A DNA stretch of 64,000 nt, taken from Eledone cirrhosa. Lineage: Eukaryota. A model generated the notes under the pieces. That model worked only from the letters and a program-made list of their open reading frames with translations. It did not search any database and was not told the origin of the DNA. This document shows, piece by piece, positions 13,960-27,701 of this stretch. The translations under genes were made by a program, and so were the position numbers. Each line of letters starts with the position of its first letter. Positions within the stretch are counted from its first letter, which is position 1. The stretch covers positions 45,818,001 through 45,882,000 of the forward strand of contig OZ024752.1 of NCBI GenBank assembly GCA_964016885.1. Direction: 5' to 3'.

Positions 13960-14275
13960 GATCACAGCTCTGATACTATGGACATAGGGTTAGAATGTCT
14001 CAGGAAAGAATCGTTGGAGAGTCACTCCAGTTAGAGCCGCTACTTCTCTCAATTGTGATATCACAATTCTGATACTATGGACATAGGGTTAGAATGTCTC
14101 AGGAAAGAATCGCTGGACAGATTTGTAGCTCGGAGATCAGAGTCACTCCAGGTAGAGCCACTACTTCTCTCAATTGTGAGATCACAGCTCTGATACTATG
14201 GACATGTGGTTAGAATGTCTCAGGAAAGAATCACTGAACAGATTTCACGGGTAAAACCAACCAGCAAGAGGTCCT
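13960..14275 (+). mobile_element. RTE-clade (Expander/Rex3-like) LINE fragment, internally repeated
   Basis: Translates as ESLQVEPLLLSIVRSQL*YYGHVVRMSQERI; the segment occurs 3 times; same family as 54235-54690. Confidence 0.7.
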
Positions 14276-14692
14276 ATTTGTCTAAAAATGAAAAGCTATA
14301 CCTATTTCAATAAAAGGCTATTTACGCAAGATTTTCAAAAGTTTATCTTTTAATTTTCATTCTAATGTTTATATAGTCACCACAGTGTAAATAATAGTTG
14401 AATAAATAAGATAAAATACCACTTGAAACTGAAAAAGGTTTGTACAGAGACGCCGACGGGGAACCGAACCGCGCATCTGCCTTATTTAGTTTACCTTATA
14501 TATTCAACAATTATATATAGTTTTCGCTGATATTATAGTTTTCTGTATTGTGGCAGCTATATTTTCAATTTACAATTCCAAATCTCCCAATGCTTTGTAA
14601 GTTAACAAAACGTTGTTATTAAAGTTATTTTTAATCGGTTCTAGATGGTTTCTCAACAGATAAATGTATTACAAGGACGCAAGAGGAACAGC

Positions 14693-14822
<130 letters not shown>

Positions 14823-14940
14823 CATTACATTTTATCGTAAGGTGTACAGCAATTAGAGAGCGATCTTATATGTAGATGTATATATATATATATAAGCATG
14901 TATATGTGTATATGTAAATATATATGTGTGTGTGTATAAA

Positions 14941-14992
<52 letters not shown>

Positions 14993-15370
14993 ATGTGTGT
15001 GTGTGTGTGTGTGTAGGCATACTCTAGATACGAGTAAGTCAAGAGCTGTGTAGGAAGAAAATATGATACAGTGTTCGTTTTTATAACGAAATTACTTTCA
15101 TCCGCCTTCGCCACATCTATGTCATTTCTATGTCTGTATCTCTCTCTCTCTCCCTCTGTCTCTCTCTCACCCCCTCTCTCTCTCTCCCTCTCTCATATAT
15201 ATATATATATATCCTTATCTTCATATCTAACTCTTTTTCTTACAATTGTTCCCACTCAATCTCTCTATCACTGCCCCTATCTGTCTACATATCTACCTAT
15301 CTCTCACTCTCTCTATATATATCTATATATATATATATATATATCTATATATATATATATATATATATAT

Positions 15371-15510
15371 ATAGGAAAAAGTAAGACCCCGACGGCAGAG
15401 CCCAAGCCGTTTCGACGGCTATTTCTGGACGTCGGGGTCTTACTTTTTCCTATTACCCACTCTACTACCTTACTACCCTAAATATTGAGTACTCTGGTGT
15501 GTTATGCACC
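15371..15510 (+). mobile_element. (TA)n-associated foldback element, family F1, copy 1
   Basis: Inverted repeat 15371-15394/15430-15453, then the shared tail TTACCCACTCTACTA..TATTGAGTACTCTGGTG.GTTATG. Confidence 0.75.
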
Positions 15511-15734
15511 CCCCCCCTCTCCTCCCCCCCCCTCTCTCTCTCTCTCCCCCTCAATGACTCCCACTTAGTCCCAACCAGTGAAGAAATCATACAAACCGTT
15601 CAAGTGGTTGTGAGTGATCTGTCAGGCGCAGCAGCTTACTGAGCCGCTTAGCTCCTTGAAGAATTATTAATTTCTTTATAGTGAACATAGAGTCATTGCA
15701 GCATCTACAGCGAGAGAGATGAAGTGTGTAGTAC

Positions 15735-15796
<62 letters not shown>

Positions 15797-15857
15797 GTAT
15801 ATATATATGTATATATATATGTATATATGTATGTATATATATATGTATATATATATG

Positions 15858-15888
<31 letters not shown>

Positions 15889-16009
15889 TTATATATATGT
15901 GTGTGTGTATGTATAGGTATATATATTTATATGCATGTATGTATGTATGCATGTGTATATATTTATGTATATATATATGTATATGTATATATATTTATAT
16001 GCATGTATG

Positions 16010-16052
<43 letters not shown>

Positions 16053-16147
16053 TTATATGCATGTATGTATGTGTGTATATATATATATATGTGTGTGTAT
16101 ATATACGTATATGAATATATATTTATATGTATGTATGTATGTGTGTG

Positions 16148-16179
<32 letters not shown>

Positions 16180-16239
16180 TGTATATGTATATGTATATAT
16201 GTATATGTATATATATTTATATGCATGTATGTATGTATG

Positions 16240-16278
<39 letters not shown>

Positions 16279-16696
16279 ATATATATAAATATATATATAT
16301 GTATATATATATATACATATATATATATTTATATATACATACACAAATCTACATGCATCTTCTCTCTCTCTCCCTCTAATTTGTACAACCAAACATATAT
16401 ATATGTATATACGTGCATATATATATATATATATATATATATTCTTGCATGCCCGACAAGCATATATTTGTCAGCCATGCAACAAGAAGAACATGCTTTT
16501 GCCTGCAGCATATCCCATAAACGTAAATCCACCTGAAGGTATCACACCTATACCAGCAACAGATGCAGCTACTGCATCTTGGATTGCATACGGGTCGCCA
16601 TAGAAATAATTATAATGAATAAACGCTTTCTTTAAACACACCACCTTTCGCAATGTTATTTTGATATATATATGTGTGTGTCTGTTTGTATAATAC

Positions 16697-16775
<79 letters not shown>

Positions 16776-17050
16776 GATGAAGGTCTAATGGTGTGGGGTG
16801 AGAGAAAGTAATAAAAATATGTCAGAAGATAAGTGATTGGAACAATCGCCATATTAGCTTTCTTCTAGTTTAGCTTCCGGTTTAATGTTTGGTGAATTCC
16901 CAATGAACGCACGTTCTCTACATCTTGTGTGTTTGATGTCTATACGTGGGAATGGGTGGGTGTATATATATATATATATATTTATATATACATAATATAT
17001 ATATATATATATATTTATATATACTTAATATATATATATATATATATATT

Positions 17051-17133
17051 AAGTGGCAACCACTTCTACGTAACTCGTCCCATGGACTGAGTGCTCTACC
17101 ACTACGGATATTACCTTCCAGTGTTCTACCTCT
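17051..17133 (+). mobile_element. 3' tail fragment of the 58.4 kb hammerhead element, embedded in (TA)n
   Basis: AACCACTTCTAC.TAACTCGTCCCATGGACTGAGT.CTCTACCACTACGGATAT.ACCTTCCAGTGTTCTA is shared with 58453-58523. Confidence 0.8.
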
Positions 17134-17137
17134 ATAT

Positions 17138-17211
<74 letters not shown>

Positions 17212-17250
17212 ATATGTGTAATATATATATATATATAATTTATATATGTG

Positions 17251-17290
<40 letters not shown>

Positions 17291-17327
17291 CACATATATA
17301 AATTATATATATATATATTACACATAT

Positions 17328-17399
<72 letters not shown>

Positions 17400-17577
17400 G
17401 GGGGACGTGCATGTGTGTGGAATTAGTAAAATGCATGTGAAGTACTCAATAGCTGAAATGTATAGTGTAAAGTAGAGCTTTTGTAGTTTGAAATAGTAAG
17501 GATTTGATTGGTCAATTGGTGTGGCCATGTATATATATATATATATATATGTGTGTGTATATATATATGTGTGTGTG

Positions 17578-17608
<31 letters not shown>

Positions 17609-17708
17609 GTGTGTGTGCGTATGTACGTTTGTATGAATGTGTACATGTATGTGTACATATATGTATACATGCATGTATGTACGTATACACGTATATATAT
17701 GTACGTAT

Positions 17709-17741
<33 letters not shown>

Positions 17742-17794
17742 ATATATGTGTGTGTGTGTGAGTGTGAGTGTGAGTGTGAGTGTTAGTGTGTGTG

Positions 17795-17831
<37 letters not shown>

Positions 17832-17860
17832 ATGTATATGTATATATATATATATATATA

Positions 17861-18470
17861 CAGGTCAGGTCACTAGTTGGTGCTACTGGTAACATGTATC
17901 CCAGTACAACCTGTCTCATGGTCGGGTCGTTGGTGACTAAACTGGCAACCTCACCAAGGTTTCTTGGTGAGGAGGGTGACTTTGGACATCCTGCAGGACT
18001 AAAAACAAAACCTGTCAAAAGGAGGCAACGGAGCTCTTAAGAGTCAATGGCCATCCAAAATCACCGGGAGAGATGACCCCTTAGCCTTTGTCAAGGCAGA
18101 ATTCTAGGAGAAGGAAAACTCTGATATAACACCTGCAACTCTGATGGTATCCAATGATGTTGACTTGTTCTTCTTTTTGGTAAATATCATCTTGGTTAAG
18201 AGAGTGGGACTGGCTTTGTGCCTTTGCTCACTATAAAAGCTTCACGGCACAGGCATTGCTTTATATCTGGAGATCTCTCTACACTTGTCGTCACATGGTA
18301 CCATGGGCCCAACACTATGTGTCAGTAATTGTCACAAGTGTAGTGTTTGTACCAGAGTTTTCAAGTCGCTGGCTGGACTAAAAAGTCACACTCGTTCAGT
18401 GCATCGGTAGGGGTTCTCCTACATGGATATAAAGTAGTGGCCGTACTCGAAAACGAGTTGGCAGCCACCA
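17861..18470 (+). mobile_element. Internally deleted RTE(-BovB-like) LINE derivative
   Basis: 5' region resembles RTE 5' UTRs (AACTGGCAACCTCACC..AGGAGAAGGAAAACTCTGAT); 3' C2H2 finger HKCSVCTRVFKSLAGLKSHTRSVHR* at 18333-18410. Confidence 0.55.
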
Positions 18471-18797
18471 TATATGTATGTATTTGTCTTGTAATTCTAT
18501 CCAACCACACAGTCGTTCTATTAAATGATATTATCACTGAAAGTTTTATATTTCTCCTTAATAAAACAACCAGAAATTTAATCCACTCCTGATATTCCTA
18601 TTATATTATCTTTTATTTTTGTTGTTTGTTTATTTACCAATTGTCTCATTATGTTACATCACCATGTTTATTACACTGGCAATTATAGTTTCTAATTAGT
18701 CCATTAAATATCTCCTCACAATTACTTAACTCTTAACATCCAGTAATGATTTGGTAGAAAATATCTACAAGGCAAGTCTGTTAATTCAAATGTTTGT

Positions 18798-19730
18798 TGG
18801 TGGATTGGCAGTATTGGTAGAGGGTCGGACGCTATGCTTTGCAGCATAGAGTTACGGCCATTGCCATATTATTATTATTATATAAATCGGTAGAGGGTCG
18901 AACATGCTTTCCAGCATAGTTACGACCCTTTATGATCTGAGTTCAAATCCCGCCGAGGTTAGCTCTGCCTTTCATGTTTACGGGGTCGATAAAATAAAGT
19001 ACCAGTAATGTACTGGTTAATTACTGGCCTTGTGCCAAAAGTTGAAAATATTTACTTAATTCTTAACATACAGTAATGATTTGGTAGGAAATATCTACAA
19101 GGCAGGTCTGTTAATTCAAATGTTTGTATTAAATTTACTAGTGGACAAATTGTTGTGAAAATTATAGTTTTATCGACCCCGTAAGGGTGAAAGGCAAAGT
19201 TAACCTCGGCGGGATTTAAACTCAGACCGTAAAGGGCCGTAACTCTATGCTGTAAAACATGGCATCTAACCCTCTACCTTTACTGCCAATCTACCGCCCA
19301 TTAGAAAATAATTGCTTCTACTTTTGGCACAAGGCCAGCAAATTATCCAGTACATTACTGGTACTTTATTTTATCGGACCCCCGTGAGGATGAAAGGCAA
19401 AATTAACCTCGGAAGGATTTGAACTCAGACCGTAAAGGGCCATAACTATGCTGTAAAACATGGCGTCCGACCCTCTACCGAGACTGCCAATCCACCGCCC
19501 ATTAGGAAATAATTGTTTCTACTTTTGGCACAAGGCCAGCAATTACCCAGTGCATTACTGGTACTTTATTTTATCGACCCCGTAAGGATGAAAAGCAAAG
19601 TAAACCTCGGCGCGATTTGAACTCAGAATGGCAAGGGCCGTAACTCTATGCCTCAAAGCATGGCGTCCGACCCTCTCCCGATACTGCCAATCCACCACCC
19701 ATGGCGTCCGACTCTCTACCGAGACTGCCA
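18798..19730. mobile_element. SINE A cluster: + copies at 18798-19050 and three tandem - copies at 19168-19730
   Basis: Motif matches in both orientations. Confidence 0.85.
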
Positions 19731-19980
19731 ATATAATAGAATGCAATTGGTTTCTTAAACAGTAATGCTGTTTAAGAAAGAATTTTGATGGTATTGTCTT
19801 CTGCCCATCCACATTAATAATAGAGGTTTCCTATGTTATGTTATGTGGTGGGATTGGTTCTTATATCAGCTAAGTGGACTGTGTAATAGTGTAATTACTT
19901 AGATAACGTATGTTTAATATGCTACAACTATTGTCTCTTTAGTACTAATTAAAATGACAATCGCTTGGAAAATGTACCTC

Positions 19981-20119
19981 GTTTTATACACTGCTTGTGT
20001 CGTTACTAATATATGCATGTGTGTGTGTGTATGTGTTTTATACACTGCTTATGTCGTTACTAATATATGTATGTGTGTGTGTGTGTGTTTTATACACTGC
20101 TTGTATCGTTACTAATATA

Positions 20120-20177
<58 letters not shown>

Positions 20178-20200
20178 ATACACTGCTTGTGTCGTTACTA

Positions 20201-20241
<41 letters not shown>

Positions 20242-20270
20242 ATACACTGCTTATGTGTCGTTACTAATTT
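19981..20270. repeat. Tandem repeat with variable (TG)n spacer
   Basis: 5 units of GTTTTATACACTGCTT..GTCGTTACTAAT + (TG)n. Confidence 0.85.
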
Positions 20271-20442
20271 CAACAAGAACTCATTTCACTAAGCAAAAGA
20301 AGAATGCGTTAACCTGTCTTTTCTCTCTCTCTCTCTCTCTCTCTCATAGTATATATTAATAGTAGTAGTACTAGTAGTAGTAGTAGCAGCATTAGCAGCA
20401 GTAACAGTGGTGGCGGTGGTAGTAGTAGTAGTAGTAGTATTA

Positions 20443-20478
<36 letters not shown>

Positions 20479-20485
20479 GTAGTAA

Positions 20486-20520
<35 letters not shown>

Positions 20521-20703
20521 ACAGTAGCAGCAGTAGTAGTAGTGGGGTGATGGGTGGTGGTAAGATTTATGTATAATACTGATCTTCTACAAATCAAAAG
20601 AGTTAACAGTTAAGAGAAGAAACACATCGTCCTACAACAACACCAGAGAACATAGCAGAGATACAAAAACCATAAAATGTCCACTTCGTTTTATTACAGA
20701 AGT

Positions 20704-20734
<31 letters not shown>

Positions 20735-20772
20735 ATTAAATAAATGGAAAACTATATTTATAAAACCATATT

Positions 20773-20838
20773 TATTTCATTATATATATTTCAGGGATAT
20801 CATATTAACAATATGCTATGCCTTCATCAGACAAAATA
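20773..20838 (-). ncRNA. Type I hammerhead ribozyme (inverted arm)
   Basis: Reverse complement: TATTTTGT-CTGATGA-AGG..CATATT gtt AATATG..CCT-GAAA-TATATA-TA/ATGAAATA. Confidence 0.75.
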
Positions 20839-20972
20839 CAATATAAACAGATTTATAGATAAATATATTCGACATACCGTAATAAACATCAACTTCATTT
20901 AAACCTCTTCAAATGAAGTTGATGTTTATTACGGTATGTCGAATATATTTATCTATAAAACTGTTTATATTG

Positions 20973-21038
20973 TATTTTGTCTGATGAAGGCATAGCATAT
21001 TGTTAATATGATATCCCCGAAATATATATAATGAAATA
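20973..21038 (+). ncRNA. Type I hammerhead ribozyme (sense arm)
   Basis: 8-bp stem I TATTTTGT/ATGAAATA with G-U pairs, CTGATGA 20981-87, GAAA 21019-22, AUA cleavage triplet, AATAAA 21035-40. Confidence 0.75.
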
Positions 21039-21834
21039 AATATGGTTTTATAAATATAGTTTTCCATTTATTTAATATTGTAAATATACTCCAAATATTT
21101 GTCGAGTGCTTTTATATCAGTTATAAATATTTACTAGTTGTAACCCAACAATTTTAAATATAACTTTACATGTATATATATATATATATAATATATATAT
21201 TTATGTATATTCGGAGGAGTTAAGATGGCATACTAAAGTCGCCGCCATTATAGTAGAGAGATAGGTAAAGTTTACATTAGTCCAGTACCTTTCCTTTTGC
21301 ATGATTTGGAATAAATGCTGTCAAATAGATTGTTTCAATCTCTTAGAATTCAATTAGAACACTCTTAAAAGGGTCATAAGACTTGTTATGGTGTAATATG
21401 TTATACTGTTTGGTTATTGTTTAAGTTTTTCGTTTTTTTTTTCTTTTTCAGAAACTGTCCGCCATTATTGCACTGTTAGACACCGTAACAAAGAATTAAT
21501 GGATTTCATTGAAAACTAATTTTATACTCGTATATATTGACGACAATACAATATACATACCTGAACAAAGGAGGCTTTTTTTTCTTTTTCTTCTCTTCTA
21601 TTGCTGTATCTATACTACATTGTGTGATGCGGTTAGAATCTAGTGATCAGCACGTTTAACGATCGATTTACTAAATAGAAACGATGAATAAAGAAGAGTA
21701 AGAAAGAATCCACTTAGACTAACTTTATGGATGCCAGAAATACATTTGTCTGAAAAATGTTGTTACAATTGCAGTCAACGTGCTACAGATTGTCTACACG
21801 ATTGCCTCCTAACTTACAAATTAATCATTCTTAT

Positions 21835-22072
21835 TTAATGGGTATTAGAATTTAATGGGAGTTGGGATTTAATGGGCGTTGGAATTTAATGGGGATTAGA
21901 ATTTAATAGGTGTTGGAATTAAATGGACATTACAATTTAATTGGTGTTAGAATTAAATGGGTATTACAATTTAATGGGAGTTAGAATTAAATGGGTATTA
22001 GAATTTAATGGGTATTATAATTTAATGGGCATTAAAATTTAATTGGTGTTAGAATTAAATGGATATTAGAAT
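21835..22072. repeat. ~17-bp minisatellite
   Basis: About 14 units of AATTTAATGGGTATTAG. Confidence 0.85.
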
Positions 22073-22581
22073 TTTCTATTTTCTCAGGACGTCTGAGCAA
22101 TCTTCAAGATCTAATCTAAATCTAAGGTCTGACTTAAGCCAGAAGGCTGGTTGGGCCGATACGTATCCAAGTCTCATGGCGTGAAGTGACTGAGGGTACA
22201 AGTCTCTCTCTAATTCATTGTAATCTCCAGCAGTTAGCTGAAAAGTAAGGAGTATGTCCATGATTTTCACTCAGAAAAGAGAGAGAGAGAGTGATGGGGG
22301 AGATAGACGGGAGAGAGAGATGCGGTAAAATGATGCTGGAGGTGAAATGAATAAACGACTGTGCATGGCGAATGAGAGGATGGAGTTGTATGGAGAGTAA
22401 TATAGTTTTAACACATACTGTCGCATTGTTTGATGTCTTAACCACCCACATAACATATACAGCTTCCACTAATTAAGTGATAATGTCAAACTATGAGTAC
22501 ATATACCCATTATCTCTCTGATGGACATAGGCAATTCCAGTACACACACACACAAACATATATATATATACATATACAAAC

Positions 22582-22675
<94 letters not shown>

Positions 22676-22689
22676 GTATATATAAATAT

Positions 22690-22750
<61 letters not shown>

Positions 22751-22786
22751 AATATATATATATATATAAATATATATATATATATT

Positions 22787-22927
<141 letters not shown>

Positions 22928-22941
22928 GTATATATAAATAT

Positions 22942-23010
<69 letters not shown>

Positions 23011-23040
23011 AATATATATAAATATATATATATATATATA

Positions 23041-23074
<34 letters not shown>

Positions 23075-23101
23075 AATATATATAAATATATATATGTGTC
23101 T

Positions 23102-23174
<73 letters not shown>

Positions 23175-23481
23175 ACATATTTAACAGATTTATTTTTCGG
23201 TCGGCGTTTAATACTATAGCAATTTGCTTTTATATAAAGCCAGCTTCAAACGACTGGTGTAACATGAATGAATTAGGTTTTTCAAAAATGTCTAATATAG
23301 CTAAACGTCACTAATGGTAAGTTCTTGTTTGATAGTTAATAAGAAGCTACTAATTATACTTAACTAGTGAAAACTATTTAGTAACGTTGGTCACTTCTTA
23401 CAGAATACTTAGTTTAACGCTATAGCTAGACTAATGGACGTATTAGTAAGTTTTTGATAGTTTAAGCTGATTAAGATTATG

Positions 23482-23536
<55 letters not shown>

Positions 23537-23812
23537 AATTATTGTGTACAGTGCTCAGGTGCACTACAACTCACCAAAGGTGCATGTATAGTACATAGAA
23601 TAATGTACAAATATCAGGAAAGTGAACAGTGCATGAGTCGTGATATACATGTGTGCCTGTGTATGGAATGGGGAATATTAGGTGTAGTGTTGGCGAATCT
23701 CAGGAGGCATGGAGGTTTTAAAGGATGCAGTGTCTCGACAGCTAACAACTGATGCAGGGAGTTTGTTCCATGCTTCAGTAATTCTGAGCATGAAAAAGTG
23801 CTTCCGAAAGTC
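23482..23812 (-). mobile_element. 3' end of a CR1/L2-type LINE with (ATT)n tail
   Basis: FRKHFFMLRITEAWNKLPASVVSCRDTASFK matches the FFxxRVxxxWNxLPxxVV..FK C-terminal motif; 3' UTR followed by (ATT)n. Confidence 0.8.
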
Positions 23813-25360
23813 CGAAAAATGGAAGGATAAACTTGAAAATGACACCAAAAACAAAGCAAACATACGTTAGATATAACTGAGAGAAGAAAAACAAACACTA
23901 CTGCATTATCTATTGGCAAGAGTGTTCGTATCTGTGTTTGTGTGTGTGTTTGTATGTGTTTTTACCCGGTTGAATTACAAGTACAGATCATTGTTTTTAA
24001 GCAACGTGAAATAAAATGTAAAGTAAAATACTCAAGAACAAAACGCTCCGCTTCAAATCGATCCCGTGACTTTAAAATGATCAGCCGAACACCGCAACCA
24101 CAAATCTATACTCCTCCTCCACATAAATGGAAACATATATATATATAGAGAGAGAGAGAGTATAAAGACGAGAGAACGGGTAAATTTTCTATCGTTTCTG
24201 TTTAACTCTGGAGAATTCTTAGTCATTATTGATGAAGGTATGGTCAAATATTTATTAACTAATTTTATTGCTTCATATATATATATATATATATATATGC
24301 ATATATATATATATGCTTTATATATATATATATATATATGCATATATATATATGCATATATATATATATATATATGTGTGTGTTTCTTTTGAAATAACCC
24401 CTTCTCGCGTGTATGTGTTCCCACTCGGCTCCCCCCTCCCCCCTCTCTCTCTCTCTCTCTCTTCGCCATTTGTAATATTGTAATATTCTCCCAAACTCTA
24501 CTCTACTTCATTATATTTCCAGTTTTAATGTTCTTTATACTCTAAAAATAAAGATAAGAAGTCTTTGAAAACAGAAGTTAACAATTTCCTGACCGTTGGG
24601 AATATATTAAATTTGCTAATCAGTTTTTCACTCAAATACACCACCTGCCTCATCACTAGCAATACCTAATGTTCCATAACTCTCTGCCGCTCCTCGGTCC
24701 TTCATATTTCAAGGTTGGAGTCACTTCATTCATGTGTGGCACGCAACAGACAGAAAGATTTTGTAAAAAAAAGAAGAAATTCTATGAATTCTGTAAATTT
24801 TTTTTTTCCATTTTTCTTGCGTCAAACCTTATTGAGAATTACGTTAACATCACACGTGGCTGTGGAATATATACCAACCTTTTATCATTGAATCTATACC
24901 GATGGGAACCTCTGGTGCCCTAGGTCCCAGAACCATCTCCCTACGAATTAATGTCGGATCGGAGTGGGCCACCCGCAAGAATGTTTCCTATGAGTCGGAA
25001 TGACTCTTTCAACACACCCTCCTTTGCTATTTCCCAGAGCAACGCCTTTTGAATTCTGTCCACTGGGACCAGGAAGTTCTGCGTATCAGAGAAGCAAACC
25101 GAAGGAACGAAAGAACCGGGACAATGTTTCCTTGACTCGATCCTGCTGTTACCAGTTAGCCACTACATACACTTATTATTATTATTATTATTATTATTAT
25201 TCTTATAGTTGCATTTATCTTGCTTTATGTTCATACCAGTTATCTCCAAGTCACAACCAGTGACCTCAAGAGACAACAAGGTCCGCCATGTTCAAGAAAG
25301 AACATACATAACACACACATGTATCTTTAGGACTTGTGATGTACTCATATTGACAGAATC

Positions 25361-25394
<34 letters not shown>

Positions 25395-25769
25395 ACGCAA
25401 GGGCGGGGGATTGGCAGTATCGGTAGTATTGTTGTTGTTGTTGCTGTCGCTGCTGTTTTCATGGTTGTTGTTTCTTTTCTTAATTCAAAAATAATTAAAA
25501 ACACATTAGACCAGATACATATAAATATTAGATTGAGAAATTATTTGTGAGAATACTGTAACTCCACAGTCCACAGTATTGCTACTTTCCGGAACGTTCT
25601 TAAGTTTATTTTTATAGGAAACTTGTCAAAATGTTAACAGATGAAGCTGTGTATCATACTGTACGAATTACAAATGAGATCTTCTTAACTGCCATGTTAT
25701 ATTTGATTTATTAACTTAACTAATGTAATTCTGAAGACTTTTAGTTCACTTCTATTGCACTATTATTAA

Positions 25770-25980
25770 TTGGCAGTATCGGTAGAGGGTCGGACGCCAT
25801 GCTTTCCAGCATAGTTACGTCCCTTTACGGTTTGAGTTCAAATCCCGCCGAGGTTAACTTTGCCTTTCATCCTTACGGGGGGGGGGTCGATAAAATAAAA
25901 TATCAGTAATGTTCTGGGGTCGATTTAATCGACTTTCCCCTCCCCTAAAATTGCTGGCCTTGTGCCTATATAAGAAACTA
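25770..25980 (+). mobile_element. SINE family A, long variant
   Basis: Includes the GGGGTCGATTTAATCGACTTTCCCCTCCCC segment; (TAG)n tail. Confidence 0.85.
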
Positions 25981-26029
25981 GTAGTAGTAGTAGTAGTAGT
26001 AGACTATTTTCTCGTTTTTCATGGGAAAC

Positions 26030-26620
26030 TATTTCTAACAATGTGTATTACTATATAATATCCAACGGTCAACAAATGGTGTCGTTGCTAAATCTAAGAA
26101 CTGTTTCTCATTTCTTCTTTTGCTAATACCATCTTCCCCGTGGAGTCATTAAATTTGGTAACTTCCATCATTCTGAATAACCATACATATGGGACCAAAT
26201 CATATATATTCTTGTAGTCAATCCATGCACATGACCAATTTATTTCTGCGGACATTTCCATCCGCTAATAGCTATCTAGTTAATAAGGAGATGGTCAGGC
26301 GTTGGATAAGACTTAAACCAACTCCCATTCAATTCTACAAGATCTAATTTTTTTTTTTTATAAATGTTCAATCATTCTATCTGACAATATTTAGAAGACA
26401 GTTTATAAAATACTGATCCAGTAAAGTGATGGATGTCGGTAGTTAGCGGGGTTATCTGTTAAACTTTTCTGGGGAAATCTTCTCGTAGATGTCTTCCAAG
26501 AAGCTATCTAGTTACTTACACAAGATTATTTAAAAGGATGTTGAAAATTGATGTTATGTGCTGGGAATTATATTAAATGAGAGTCATCAATAACATTGGA
26601 TATTATGAATAGTGAATAGC
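26030..26620 (-). mobile_element. Decayed R4/Dong-like LINE RT fragment
   Basis: Reverse complement encodes AWIDYKNIYDLVP around 26190-26230 (cf. AWIDYxKAYDSVPH) and an upstream NYR..ITLL-like motif. Confidence 0.55.
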
Positions 26621-26811
26621 TAGTTATTTTCCAATTAATCAAAGCTGTCTATGTCAACATTGAAAATTAGGAAATGTAATAATTTGAGCAAATAGCTTCT
26701 TTTTTTAGTTGCCAACATTTTTTGCGGTACTTACAAAATTTCTTTTGTTAAATTTGACATTAGAAAGATGAAAGGAAAATTAGACCTCGGCGTAGAAAGC
26801 ACAAACAAATA

Positions 26812-26876
26812 CAGCAAAGAATTGTATCGGACGTTCTAACGACTAAGATATAGATATATATCAAAATAGATGCAGT

Positions 26877-26954
<78 letters not shown>

Positions 26955-27021
26955 ATTTACTGCATCTATTTTGATATATATCTATATCTTAGTCGTTAGA
27001 ACGTCCGATACAATTCTTTGC

Positions 27022-27023
<2 letters not shown>
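26812..27023. repeat. Perfect 73-bp inverted repeat around (TA)n(TG)n
   Basis: 26812-26884 is the reverse complement of 26951-27023. Confidence 0.9.
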
Positions 27024-27098
<75 letters not shown>

Positions 27099-27662
27099 AT
27101 AGTAGTAGTAGTAGTAGCAGCAGCAGTAGCAGAAGCAGCACAATAGTAGTAGTAGTAGTATTAGTAGTAGTAGTAGTAGTAGTAACAGTTGTTGTTGAAT
27201 TGCATTACTCTTGGGGATGTTGCCGGGTGGAGGAGGTGGAGGGGGAGGTGGTAGTGGCTGATGCAGAGAGTGGTGTTGGCTGTTCTCCACAGCAATATTT
27301 TCGTTTCGCTATCTTGTCTTCGGTGTGCAGCTGGGATGCTATGCTCCACCAAAAATGCAATGTCTGCACCCCCTCACCTCCCCCTCTCCACCCTTGCATT
27401 TTTTAATTTAATCCACATCTATTTTTTTTTATTTTCTAGTATTTTGTAATTTGTTCTCTCTTCTCGTATGTCATAAATATGTAAATATATTCACACTTTT
27501 ACTCTGAAAAGTTGGTATTAAATTTCTGTGTATAACAACATAATAATCACTGTGCGTTTCCGTCTATGTGTATGTTTTATTATACACAACTTTATATATA
27601 TAGATTATTAGTAATTGTAAATGTGAAAGTATCTCTAATATTACTACTATATACATATTCTA

Positions 27663-27701
<39 letters not shown>

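Larger units (their letters stand above)
20729..21172 (+). mobile_element. (TA)n-flanked Penelope-like pLTR foldback with a 172-bp inverted repeat
   Basis: Arms 20729-20900 and 20911-21082 (2 mismatches seen), 10-nt loop, unpaired tail to (TA)n. Confidence 0.8.
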
